From the NCBI GenBank assembly GCA_035718845.1, contig DASTGU010000053.1, positions 48,950 through 112,949 on the forward strand: a DNA stretch of 64,000 nucleotides, read 5' to 3'. The translations under genes were made by a program, and so were the position numbers. How positions within the stretch are numbered: position 1 is the stretch's first letter; the number at the start of each line of letters is the position of its first letter. Below the pieces are notes generated by a model that made no database searches, was not told the origin of the DNA, and saw only the letters and a list, made by a program, of their open reading frames with translations. Origin of the DNA: Gemmatimonadaceae bacterium (GTDB lineage Bacteria; Gemmatimonadota; Gemmatimonadetes; Gemmatimonadales; Gemmatimonadaceae). Shown piece by piece: positions 37,333 to 46,873 of the stretch.

Positions 37333-38693
37333 CGATCGAGCTACTTAGCGATAGAGAGGTGCGTCAGGCGTACGAGGCTGATGCATCCGGGCTGCGACTC
37401 GTTCCGGATTTTGTTGCACGGCCGGAATCCATCGATGAAGTCGTAGAAGTCCTGCGACGCGCGCGCACCGATCGCATTCCCATCACGTGTGCGGGTGCGC
37501 AGTCGAGTACGACGGCTGCCTCGATCACGGACAAGGGGATTTTGCTGTCGATGCGTGCACTGGACTCGATCTCCGAGATCGACGTGGGTGCGCGTACCGT
37601 TCGAGTCGGTCCCGGCGCATACGTCGCCGACGTAAAGCGCAAGGCAGCAGCATCCGGGTTGTTGTTCGCTCCAGATCCTACCAGCGAAGAAGAGTCGACA
37701 ATTGGCGGCGCCATCGCGTGCAACGCATCTGGCGCGCGCACGTATAAGTACGGGGCAACGCGCAGATACGTGCAGGCTCTGACGGTGGTGCTGGCGAGCG
37801 GCGAGACGATGCACTTCCGCCGACCCAATCTCGAGAAAAACACCGTCGGCTACGCATTCGCCCACGACCCGATCGATTGGTTTATCGGGAGCGAAGGCAC
37901 CCTCGGCGTCGTCGTGGACGCAGAACTCTCGCTGCTGCCATTGCCTGCCGAAGTACTTGGACTCGCCGTCTTTTTCGCGAGCGAAGAAGAGGCGTTACGC
38001 TTCGTCATCACCGCGCGGGAGAATCTCGATGTCTCGCCAAGGTGCATTGAATACTTCGATGGTCTGGCGCTCGAAATCGCGCGACAAAGTCCGACCGGCT
38101 CCGCCCTGCCCGTGAATGCGCGCGCAATGATCTACACCGAGGAGGAGGTGACTGACGATGCCGATGCCACGCTCGGCCGGTGGGCCGATCTGATCGGAGA
38201 GGCATCTGATATCGAGCCCCTGGTTTTTCAGGGCGACGCGAAACTCAAAGAAGCGCGGCAATTTCGGCATAGTATTCCCGCGACGATGAATGAGCGGGGC
38301 GGGCGCCACCGCGATGCGGGCGGCCGGAAGGTCTCTACGGATTGGGCTGTTCCGTATCGGCGTCTACCAGAAGCAATTGCCGCCGCCCGTCGATTCGCTC
38401 GCGACGCGAGTATCACAATGCCGGTGATCTACGGACATGCGGGCAACGGACATCCACATCAGAATTTCATTGCTCGCGACGCAAAGGAGCTCGCTACCAT
38501 AGAAAAGGTTGTCGAGCAGACTCTGCGGCAGGTCCTGTCGCTAGGCGGGACGGTCGCGGCCGAACACGGAATTGGCAAGATCAAGCGCCGCTGGCTGCCA
38601 TTGCAGATGAACGAGCTGCAGATCGCGATGATGACTGCCGTAAAAAGGGAGCTCGATCCGCTGCACCTGCTCGCACCCGGCAACATCCTGTGA
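37329..38693 (+). CDS. FAD-linked D-2-hydroxyacid oxidoreductase (GlcD/D-lactate/D-2-hydroxyglutarate dehydrogenase family)
   Basis: PDPTS...STIGG.IACNASG..TYKYG, GSEGTLG, YGHAGNGHPHQN, AEHGIGKIK and DP.HLLAPG. Confidence 0.88.
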   Translation: MTIELLSDREVRQAYEADASGLRLVPDFVARPESIDEVVEVLRRARTDRIPITCAGAQSSTTAASITDKGILLSMRALDSISEIDVGARTVRVGPGAYVADVKRKAAASGLLFAPDPTSEEESTIGGAIACNASGARTYKYGATRRYVQALTVVLASGETMHFRRPNLEKNTVGYAFAHDPIDWFIGSEGTLGVVVDAELSLLPLPAEVLGLAVFFASEEEALRFVITARENLDVSPRCIEYFDGLALEIARQSPTGSALPVNARAMIYTEEEVTDDADATLGRWADLIGEASDIEPLVFQGDAKLKEARQFRHSIPATMNERGGRHRDAGGRKVSTDWAVPYRRLPEAIAAARRFARDASITMPVIYGHAGNGHPHQNFIARDAKELATIEKVVEQTLRQVLSLGGTVAAEHGIGKIKRRWLPLQMNELQIAMMTAVKRELDPLHLLAPGNIL

Positions 38694-39334
38694 ACAAATA
38701 CAACTCGGTCATTTTTGATGTCGACTCGACGCTCAGCGGAATCGAGGGAATCGATTGGTTGGCCGCATTGAGGGGTCCGGAGATGCAGGCGTGGAGCGCG
38801 TCACTGACCGAACGGGCGATGAAGGGCGAGCTAGCGATTGAAGCTGTTTACGGAGAGCGAATGAACGCTGTCCGCCCGAGTCAGCGTGAGATCGAGGCTC
38901 TCGGCCATGAATACGTTGCGCGCGTCGCGCCGGGCGCTCGGCAAACACTTGCAGAATTGCGGCGCAAAGGAATTCACCTCGTGATGGTGAGCGGCGGACT
39001 CCGCGAAGCTATCATTCCATTGGCGCGTGAGCTGGGAATCACGGACACCGCGCTGTACGCCGTTTCCGTCTATTTCGATAAGACCGGCGGCTATGCAGGC
39101 TTCGAGAGCGCATCGCCAATGACACGGCAGGAAGGAAAAAGGCTCACGGTCGGCAAGATGGGTCTTAAGCCTCCGACTCTTGCAGTTGGTGACGGCATGA
39201 CCGATTCCGAGATGAAACCGGTGGTGACGAACTTCGCCGCCTTTACGGGTTTCACCCGGCGGCAGCCAGTAATCGAGCGCGCTGATTTCGTAGTAGACAG
39301 TTTTGATCAGCTGAGGGAACTGATTCTTAAATGA
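38690..39334 (+). CDS. serB: HAD-IB phosphatase, phosphoserine phosphatase-like
   Basis: From GTG 38690 (overlaps the upstream TGA): FDVDSTL motif I, VSGG motif II, K and GDGMTD motif IV. Confidence 0.8.
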   Translation: MNKYNSVIFDVDSTLSGIEGIDWLAALRGPEMQAWSASLTERAMKGELAIEAVYGERMNAVRPSQREIEALGHEYVARVAPGARQTLAELRRKGIHLVMVSGGLREAIIPLARELGITDTALYAVSVYFDKTGGYAGFESASPMTRQEGKRLTVGKMGLKPPTLAVGDGMTDSEMKPVVTNFAAFTGFTRRQPVIERADFVVDSFDQLRELILK

Positions 39335-40428
39335 AAACTCCGAATAATTTCGGCACTTTCTTTCTGCCCGGCCCCACCGAGGTTCGGGAAGAAATCATGG
39401 CAGCGATGAACCGGCCGATGTTGCCACATCGTGGACCTCAGTTCGAGGATCTTTTCTGTCGCCTGCAGGAAAGACTTCGACCTGTCTTCATGACCGAGCG
39501 CCCGGTCTACGTCAGTAGCTCCTCCGGCACGGGAATGATGGAGGCTGCGATTCGCTGTGCTCCGCCAGGGCGAATCCTCTGTCTGGTGAATGGTGCGTTT
39601 TCAGAGCGGTTCGCTCACATCGCATCGATGTGCGGACGTGAGGTCGATCGATACGATGTCGGCTGGGGACAGGTTCACGCGCTCCCGCAGCTCGAGCACC
39701 GGTTGTCGATGCGGCAATACGCAGCCATTACGGTCACCCATTCCGAAACGTCTACGGGCGCGCTCAACGATGTGCGCTCGATTTCAGACGTCGCACACAA
39801 ACACGGCTGCGTGTGTCTGATCGACAGTGTGAGTGGCCTGGGCGGTGCCGAGTTGCGGTTCGACGAGTGGAACCTGGACTACGTTCTCACTGGCTCTCAG
39901 AAAGCGCTGGCGCTGCCGCCAGGCTTGGCCTTCGGCGTCGCCTCGGCGAGCTTCATCGATCGCGCTGCGAACATCCAGGGACGCGGAGTTTACTTCGATC
40001 TCGTCGAGCTCGACGCCTACGCGCGTCGCAATCAAACGCCTAGCACACCTGCGTTGACCTTGTTCTATGCCCTCGATGCACAACTCGATTCGATCCTTGC
40101 CGAAGGCATGGAAGCTAGGTGGGCAAGACATAAGGCGATGGCGGCGCAGACCCAGGAGTGGATCACGCAGATCAGCAACGAAACGGGGAAGAAACTGTTC
40201 AACATTGCGCCACTTGGCTCACAATCGCCGACGGTCTCTACCATTCGTCTTCCGGAGGAGCTTCCCGCCGAGCGATTCACAGCCGCCGTCGCGAAGCATG
40301 GAATCGTCGTCGGCAACGGCTACGGAAAACTTAAGAGCGTAACGTTTCGTATCGGCCACATGGGGGATCACACAGTCGGGACGATCCAGCGTTGTCTTAA
40401 CGCCTGCTCGACTGTTTTGCGTTCTTGA
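39331..40428 (+). CDS. Class V PLP aminotransferase (serine-pyruvate/AGT type; probable SerC role)
   Basis: LPGPT, HRGP.F, SGTGMME, NGAFSERF, HSETSTG, DSVSGLGG, GSQKAL (PLP Lys) and FRIGHMG. Confidence 0.85.
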   Translation: MKTPNNFGTFFLPGPTEVREEIMAAMNRPMLPHRGPQFEDLFCRLQERLRPVFMTERPVYVSSSSGTGMMEAAIRCAPPGRILCLVNGAFSERFAHIASMCGREVDRYDVGWGQVHALPQLEHRLSMRQYAAITVTHSETSTGALNDVRSISDVAHKHGCVCLIDSVSGLGGAELRFDEWNLDYVLTGSQKALALPPGLAFGVASASFIDRAANIQGRGVYFDLVELDAYARRNQTPSTPALTLFYALDAQLDSILAEGMEARWARHKAMAAQTQEWITQISNETGKKLFNIAPLGSQSPTVSTIRLPEELPAERFTAAVAKHGIVVGNGYGKLKSVTFRIGHMGDHTVGTIQRCLNACSTVLRS

Positions 40429-42377
40429 CACAGATCTCGGTTTCGAACGTCAGCGTCGAGTTTGGAGCCACTACAGTTTTTTCGGCAGTGACATTCACCG
40501 TCGCTCGCAGAGAGCGGTGGGGAATACTCGGACGAAACGGTAGCGGCAAAACGACGCTTTTCAGTCTGTTGACGGGCGATCAGCAGCCGACTTCGGGCGT
40601 CATCTCCCGTCAACCAGGTTTGCGTGTCGCTCTGCTCGAGCAACATCGCGAATTCGTCGGAGCTGAAACGGTGTGGGAAGCTGCCGCCGGCGAGTTCGCC
40701 GACCTTCTTGCGCTCGAACAATCGCTCTCGGATCAAGCACACAAGCTGGCCGAAGCGGGCGAATCGGTCACTCAGCAAATGCTCGAGCGATACGACCGTG
40801 ACCTCGAGCGCTTTCAGCGTGAAGACGGGTACACTCTGGCCTCGAGAGTCGACGCAGTGCTCGACGGACTTGGCTTCGACCCACAAAAAGCGCGCACTCA
40901 ATCACTCGTGCAATTGAGCGGCGGAGAACGTGGGCGGGTCGGTCTCGCGCGCCAGCTCGTCAGCCCGGCCGATGTCTTACTCCTCGACGAGCCGACTAAC
41001 CATCTCGATCTCGAGACGACACGCTGGCTCGAGGAATTTTTGCGTGGCACCGACAGAACCGTAATGTTGATCAGTCACGACCGCGCATTCATTGCCAATG
41101 TCGTGGACCACGTGCTTCACCTAGAGGCGGGGACCGCGTTCGCCTATGCCGGGAGCTATGAGTCTTTCGTCACGCAGCGTAATGAGCGTCGCTTAACCCA
41201 ACAACGGGCGGCCGACAAACAGCGGAAGTTCGTCGCCGAGCAGGAGGATTTCATTCGGCGCAACATCGCGGGCCAGAACTCGAAGCAGGCGAAAGGCCGC
41301 CGCAAGCGACTGGGTCGTTTGCCCAGACTGACCGGGCCCGCGTGGGAATCAGGCAGCTCGTTCAACCTTTCCCTGGACGTCACGCAACGAGGCGGGGATC
41401 AGGTAGCGGTAGCCCGTGGCGTAACTATCGAAGTCGAAGGGCGTACGCTGATCTCTGATTTTTCGGCGACGATCCAACGCGGAGACGTTGTCGGCTTCAT
41501 CGGCCCCAACGGTAGCGGCAAATCAACATTCCTCCGCTCGCTGATGGGCGAGCGCGGCATCGTCTCCGGCGAGCTGAAACTCGGCGGATCGATCATTCCA
41601 GCTTTTTATCGTCAGGACCTCGCTCAGGTGCCTACGGATCGAACTCTGTTCGAAGTGATCTCCGATCTGCGGCCGCATTGGGAGCGGCGACAGGTGCAAG
41701 GGCATCTTGGCCGCTTTGGCTTCTCGGGCGATGAAGTGCAAAGGCGCGCGGACACCCTGTCCGGCGGCGAAACCGCGCGAGTAGCGCTGGCGATGATGAT
41801 GCTTGGGCGCGCCAACTTCCTGTTGCTCGACGAACCGACCAATCACCTCGACATCGAGTCAGTCGAGGCGCTGGAAGATGCGCTGGGCGAATTCGAAGGA
41901 ACGGTTTTGCTCGTTAGCCACGATCGTGCGCTGCTCGACGCGCTCGCATCGAGAGTCTGGATTCTTCACGATCGACACATCACCGACTTTCACGGATCCT
42001 TCGCCGAGTGGGAGGACCAGAGTCGCGAGCGTACACATGCCGCCGAGGTCGCGCTCGCCGAGCAGGAAGCGCTTCGCAGGGTGCGTGAGAAGAAGGTCAC
42101 CCAGCGCCGGCAGGCAAACGTCGAGGAGTCGCGTGCGAGCGCGCGTGACATACGACGGCAAATCGATGAAGCCGAACGTGAAATCGAGGCGTTGGAAGCC
42201 CGCGTGAGCGAGCTAACCAGGCTGCTCGAGGATCCTGAGCTCTACACGTCGCGCGAAGGCACCGAAAAGTCGCTTGCTCTGGGCAAGGATCTCGAGGATG
42301 TGAAACGCAAGCTCGATACGGCGATGGAGAAGTGGACGGACCTTACCGAGCGCGCCGAGAGGCTGGCGGTTCGCTGA
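40425..42377 (+). CDS. ABC-F family ATP-binding protein (Uup-like)
   Basis: Two NBDs (GRNGSGKT/LSGGE/LLDEPTNHLD; GPNGSGKS/LSGGE/LLDEPTNHLD), linker, C-terminal coiled coil ending LEDPELY...W; no TM. Confidence 0.93.
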   Translation: MTQISVSNVSVEFGATTVFSAVTFTVARRERWGILGRNGSGKTTLFSLLTGDQQPTSGVISRQPGLRVALLEQHREFVGAETVWEAAAGEFADLLALEQSLSDQAHKLAEAGESVTQQMLERYDRDLERFQREDGYTLASRVDAVLDGLGFDPQKARTQSLVQLSGGERGRVGLARQLVSPADVLLLDEPTNHLDLETTRWLEEFLRGTDRTVMLISHDRAFIANVVDHVLHLEAGTAFAYAGSYESFVTQRNERRLTQQRAADKQRKFVAEQEDFIRRNIAGQNSKQAKGRRKRLGRLPRLTGPAWESGSSFNLSLDVTQRGGDQVAVARGVTIEVEGRTLISDFSATIQRGDVVGFIGPNGSGKSTFLRSLMGERGIVSGELKLGGSIIPAFYRQDLAQVPTDRTLFEVISDLRPHWERRQVQGHLGRFGFSGDEVQRRADTLSGGETARVALAMMMLGRANFLLLDEPTNHLDIESVEALEDALGEFEGTVLLVSHDRALLDALASRVWILHDRHITDFHGSFAEWEDQSRERTHAAEVALAEQEALRRVREKKVTQRRQANVEESRASARDIRRQIDEAEREIEALEARVSELTRLLEDPELYTSREGTEKSLALGKDLEDVKRKLDTAMEKWTDLTERAERLAVR

Positions 42378-43334
42378 TTAGAACTCGCCGATAAAACCGA
42401 TTTCCGGCTCGAGGTGCTGGCCAAACTTCTCTTCGACCTTCGACTGCGCGATCGTGATCAGCTCGCGCACATCTTTGGCCGTCGCATTGCCCAGGTTCAC
42501 CATGATGTTGGCGTGAATGTGCGAGATCTGCGCGTCGCCGTGACGGAACCCTTTTAAGCCAACCTGATCGATGAGCCTGCCTGCACCGACGCCTTCGATC
42601 TTTTTGAAGATCGAGCCGGCGCTGGGATGATACTCGAGCCAGGGGTGTTTTCCGCCGCGCCAGCTGAGGTTCTCCTGCATGATGCGGTGCATCGTCGGCT
42701 GATCTCCGCGCTCGAGCTTGAACGTGACTGACAGAGCGACTTCACGTCCCTGATGCAACACGCTGGTGTCGTAGCCGAACTTCATGTAATCACGGTCGAC
42801 TGTCTTGCGGGTCCCATCGTCGCCAAGGAGCTCAGCTGAGTCAAAGACTTCGGCGATGAACATCGTGCGCTCACGAGCGGGCGCCGGAGATAGAAAGTGC
42901 AGATTCTGCCACACTGCACCGCCGACGGTGCTCGGGATACCGACGTAATGCTCGAGCCCGGACCAGCTGCGTGAAACCGCCTGAGGAATGAGCTTGGCCA
43001 TCACTGCCCCGCTCTCAACCCAGAGCCGTCCGTCGTCGTAGAACTTCAGGTGGCTCGAGGTGTTTCGGATCACCAGGCCGCGGAAGCCCTTGTCGCCGAC
43101 GAGAATGTTGGCGCCCAACCCGAGCACGAAGAGCTTGATCCCGAGCTCACGGGCGGTGCTGACGGCCACTGCCAGATCATCCGCTGATGTTGCATCGTAG
43201 AAGTAGTCGGCTGGACCACCAATCTTGAATGTGGTGTATTGAGCAAGAGGCTCATTCCGTTTGAGCCTCTTTGTGTCAAGACGGTTGGCCAATTCCCCGT
43301 ATACGTCGGGGCGCACTTTCACAGTATTTGACAT
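42378..43334 (-). CDS. murB: UDP-N-acetylmuramate dehydrogenase
   Basis: TTFKIGGPA, LGLGANILVGD, GLEHYVGIPSTVGGA, SAGSIFK, A.IS..HAN..VN and LEPE; start set at ATG 43334. Confidence 0.93.
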   Translation of the reverse strand: MSNTVKVRPDVYGELANRLDTKRLKRNEPLAQYTTFKIGGPADYFYDATSADDLAVAVSTARELGIKLFVLGLGANILVGDKGFRGLVIRNTSSHLKFYDDGRLWVESGAVMAKLIPQAVSRSWSGLEHYVGIPSTVGGAVWQNLHFLSPAPARERTMFIAEVFDSAELLGDDGTRKTVDRDYMKFGYDTSVLHQGREVALSVTFKLERGDQPTMHRIMQENLSWRGGKHPWLEYHPSAGSIFKKIEGVGAGRLIDQVGLKGFRHGDAQISHIHANIMVNLGNATAKDVRELITIAQSKVEEKFGQHLEPEIGFIGEF

Positions 43335-44733
43335 GTTCGAAAGAAATGATTTCCGGCGCTGCTTCGCCACCTTCTCCCTTCTTATTGCAGCGCTCGTACC
43401 GTTACAGGCAAAAGCTCAGCGAGCCGAGCTGGAGAAGATCATCCAGCGCAAGGTTCTGCCCAACGGTCTCGAGGTGATCGTTGTCGAGAACCATGGCGTT
43501 CCCCTGGCAACGGTCGAAATCGATGTGAAGAACGGCTCGTTCACTCAGACGCCTGAGTATGAAGGTTTGGCACACATGTACGAGCACATGTTTTTCAGGG
43601 CGAATTCGAAATATCCCGAGCCGAATCAGTTCTGGGATCGTGCCTCGGACCTGGGCGCGGTCTTCAACGGTACGACGCGTGAAGAGGTCGTCAACTACTA
43701 CATGACGGTTCCCGCCGAGAAGCTGTCGGATGCGGTGGCGCTTCTTTCGACCGCGTTGCGTAGTCCGCTATTTCGTCGTGACGAGCTGGAGCGGGAGCGT
43801 CAGGTCGTTATTGGGGAGTATGATCGCAATGAATCGAGCCCGTTTTTCGAGCTGAGTCGCCAGACGGACGCGAAGCTTTATCCGGGCAACTTCAGCCGAA
43901 AGGACGTAATCGGCGACCGGCAGATCGTCTTGACGACGACGCCGGAGAAAATGCGTACCATCCAGAATCGCTACTACGTGCCCAACAACTCTGCGATCAT
44001 TGTTGCCGGCGATGTGAAGCCAGCCGAAGTGTTTGCCCTCGTCGAGCGTGAGCTGGGTGATTGGAGTCGGGGCGCTGACCCATTCACAACGGACCCAATT
44101 CCGGCGATCCCCGCGCTGCAGAAGAGCGATGCGGTGGTTGTCGAGGCTCCCGTCGGAGCCGTCACCGTGCAGGTCCAGTGGCAAGGGCCCAGCGTCGGCC
44201 GAGACCCCAAGTCAACCTACGCGGCAGATGTATTCTCCGACGTGCTGAATGATCCGCGCTCCCAGTTCCAGCAACGACTGGTCGATAGCGGCCTATGGCA
44301 GGCAATCGGAGTGAACTACTACACGCTGAACAATACCGGTCCGATCACCATCAGCGGGCAAACATCACCGGAGCAGCTGCGCGATGCGATGAAGGCGCTT
44401 TACGGTGAAATCGCCAAGTTCGATGATGTCGGCTATTTCACTTCCGAGGAGCTGGAAGCGGTAAAGGCACATCGTGCCGTCACATCCGCATTCGATCGCG
44501 AGCGTGCATCAGGCTTCGCGCACACCCTTGGCTTCTGGTGGAGCGTGGCGAGCCTCGAGTATTACATGGGTTACGTCGACAATATGGCACAGCAGACTGT
44601 CGATGACCTCCGTGCCTACGCTCGCAAATACATCGTCGGCAAGCCACACATCACGGGAGTGCTGATCGCGCCGGACGCGCGACAAGCTCTCAAACTCAAT
44701 CCGCAGGATCTCGTAATGGCAGGAACACGCTAA
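43333..44733 (+). CDS. M16 family zinc peptidase, catalytic subunit
   Basis: Signal peptide; LPNGLEV, GLAHMYEHMFF (HXXEH), NGTT and ERERQVVIGE. Confidence 0.9.
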   Translation: MFERNDFRRCFATFSLLIAALVPLQAKAQRAELEKIIQRKVLPNGLEVIVVENHGVPLATVEIDVKNGSFTQTPEYEGLAHMYEHMFFRANSKYPEPNQFWDRASDLGAVFNGTTREEVVNYYMTVPAEKLSDAVALLSTALRSPLFRRDELERERQVVIGEYDRNESSPFFELSRQTDAKLYPGNFSRKDVIGDRQIVLTTTPEKMRTIQNRYYVPNNSAIIVAGDVKPAEVFALVERELGDWSRGADPFTTDPIPAIPALQKSDAVVVEAPVGAVTVQVQWQGPSVGRDPKSTYAADVFSDVLNDPRSQFQQRLVDSGLWQAIGVNYYTLNNTGPITISGQTSPEQLRDAMKALYGEIAKFDDVGYFTSEELEAVKAHRAVTSAFDRERASGFAHTLGFWWSVASLEYYMGYVDNMAQQTVDDLRAYARKYIVGKPHITGVLIAPDARQALKLNPQDLVMAGTR

Positions 44734-45998
44734 TGCTACTTGCAATCGCAACACTGATTCTGACACAAGCCACTACGAGCTTTGATGTCTCTGGCGTCCA
44801 TGTAATTCTGCGCCAAAACAACGCGAACAACGTCGTCGCTGCCAACCTCTACTTGCTCGGCGGTTCCCGGCAGATAACGGATGCGAATGCCGGAATTGAG
44901 CCGATTCTACTCGACGTATCCGAGCGTGGCACGTTGCACTATCCCAAGAATGCACTTCGCCGTGCGATGTCGCGTCTCGGCAGCGAAGTCGTCGTTGCGC
45001 CGAATGCCGACTGGACAATGTTCGGCATTCGGTCGAGTACGGAGGTCTTCGATTCAACGTGGGCGATCTTCGCCGATCGGGTGATGTATCCGACGCTCGC
45101 GCAATCGGAAGTGAACCTCGTCAAAGCGCAGTATCTGTCGGGCATCAGGCAACGCCGAGATGACCCCGATGCGCTCGCGGACTACCTCGCCGACAGCATC
45201 ACCTTCGTCGGTCATCCATACGCTGTGCCGGTGACGGGCAATGAGAGCTCGATCCAGGCAGTCGATTCGGCGGAGCTGCGCGGTTATCACAAGAATCAGT
45301 TCGTGACCTCGCGCATGCTATTGGTGGTCGTCGGCAATATCGATCGCGCACACATCGAGCGACTCGTCAATCAAACGATCGGCAATCTGCCCAAGGGCAA
45401 CTATTCATGGACGGCTCCACCGCGCATTCCCGAAGCACAGACCGCGGTGGTCGTCGAGCGTCGCAGCCTGCCGACGAACTACATCCTCGGCTACTACAGT
45501 GGACCGCTTGCCAGCGGGAATGACTACCAGGCGCTGCGCGTAGCCACATCGGTATTGACAGGGCGAATGTTCGCGGAGATCCGGACGCGGCAAAATCTCA
45601 CTTACGATGTGCACGCGCCTTTCGTCGATCGCGCGGCCACCGCAGGTGGACTTTACGTCTCGACAGCTGCCCCCGACACGACGCTCAAGCTGATGCGCGC
45701 CGCGATTTCAGATCTCCAGACCGGCACACTCGATCCGGTTGGTCTGAGACAACTCGAGGATCAGTTCATCACCGAATACTTCCTCGATAACGAGACTAAT
45801 GCCGCACAGGCCGATTTCCTGGCGCGCTCTCAGCTCTATGAAGGCGATTATCGTGAAGCGGATCGGTTCGTCGACGAACTGAAGCGCGTGACTCCGGAAG
45901 ACGTGCAGCGGGTCGCGCGGCGTTACATGAAGAACTTCCGCTTCGCTTATGTGGGTGATCCGTCGAAGCTCAATCCGGGCACTATCGCCCTGTTTTAG
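44733..45998 (+). CDS. M16 family peptidase, non-catalytic subunit
   Basis: M16 fold motifs without HXXEH; RMFAEIRTRQNLTY (R/Y pair) and VTPEDVQRVARRY; overlaps the upstream stop. Confidence 0.85.
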   Translation: MLLAIATLILTQATTSFDVSGVHVILRQNNANNVVAANLYLLGGSRQITDANAGIEPILLDVSERGTLHYPKNALRRAMSRLGSEVVVAPNADWTMFGIRSSTEVFDSTWAIFADRVMYPTLAQSEVNLVKAQYLSGIRQRRDDPDALADYLADSITFVGHPYAVPVTGNESSIQAVDSAELRGYHKNQFVTSRMLLVVVGNIDRAHIERLVNQTIGNLPKGNYSWTAPPRIPEAQTAVVVERRSLPTNYILGYYSGPLASGNDYQALRVATSVLTGRMFAEIRTRQNLTYDVHAPFVDRAATAGGLYVSTAAPDTTLKLMRAAISDLQTGTLDPVGLRQLEDQFITEYFLDNETNAAQADFLARSQLYEGDYREADRFVDELKRVTPEDVQRVARRYMKNFRFAYVGDPSKLNPGTIALF

Positions 45999-46004
45999 AA
46001 CAGC

Positions 46005-46718
46005 CTACTCCGAAAACTCCTCGGCGGCGACCCACGGGTCGATCGCACCAGTGTAGAGCGCAATGCCTATGACGGCGGCGGCAACGCCGCGGTCGGCGAG
46101 AGCACGCAAGTGATTGAGATTGCCGAGCCCGCCACCGGCAAAGACGGGGAACTCTGCCGCCTCGACAACGTCTTCCATTAACGGAAGGTCGGTGCCCCGC
46201 ATTGCCTCCTCGCGGTGAACCGCCGTTACAAGGACGCCAGCGAGAGGTAATCCGGCCAGGTCGTTGACCAAATCGAGAACGAGCTTGGGCTGAGTGCGGG
46301 TCCAGCCGTGTGACAGGATTTTCCGGTCACGCACGTCAGCCGCGACGATGATTTGTCCCGGAAAAATGCCGCTCATCTCAACCAGCCAGTCGGGATCCTC
46401 GAGTGCGCGCGTGCCGATGACAACGCGTTCGGCGCCGTTATTCAGTGCCTGCTCAATGGCTTCCCTGCTTCTAATGCCGCCGCCGAGCTGCACTTCGGCG
46501 TCGGTTGCGCCGAGTACGCCCTGGATTTCAGGGAGATTGTTACCGCGTCCCGAAACCCCATCGAGATCGACCATGTGCAAGTGTCGGAATCCGTATTGGC
46601 GCCAGGCGATTGCGACGCCGACCGGATCCGGAATGCGTATTACCTCCTGATCGTAAGAACCTGCGGCGAGTTGGACGCATGCTCCGCCACGGAGATCAAG
46701 GGCAGGGATGGCGATCAT
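46005..46718 (-). CDS. hisA: HisA-family TIM-barrel protein (orphan, divergent)
   Basis: IPALDLRGGACVQL, HMVDLDG, GGGIR, VIGT, ADVR, AGGG and GIALY; start at ATG 46718; no other his genes nearby. Confidence 0.75.
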   Translation of the reverse strand: MIAIPALDLRGGACVQLAAGSYDQEVIRIPDPVGVAIAWRQYGFRHLHMVDLDGVSGRGNNLPEIQGVLGATDAEVQLGGGIRSREAIEQALNNGAERVVIGTRALEDPDWLVEMSGIFPGQIIVAADVRDRKILSHGWTRTQPKLVLDLVNDLAGLPLAGVLVTAVHREEAMRGTDLPLMEDVVEAAEFPVFAGGGLGNLNHLRALADRGVAAAVIGIALYTGAIDPWVAAEEFSE

Positions 46719-46788
46719 TGAGTCATATGAGGATTCAAGGCACGGATCATGAGACCGAAACTGCGGCTTTAATTGCATGTCGGCGAGC

Positions 46789-46806
46789 TTGTGAATAAAT
46801 TCACAA
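46789..46806. promoter_or_regulatory. Perfect operator palindrome TTGTGAATAAATTCACAA (Rex box; also fits CRP/FNR TGTGA-N6-TCACA)
   Basis: Exact match to TTGTGAA-N4-TTCACAA, in the divergent hisA/cupredoxin gap. Confidence 0.75.
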
Positions 46807-46873
46807 TCTCTATAGCAATGCAACCTTTCTTTCTGGCAAGTGCAACACGTACGGCTCTGGGAGGCCACAAACG

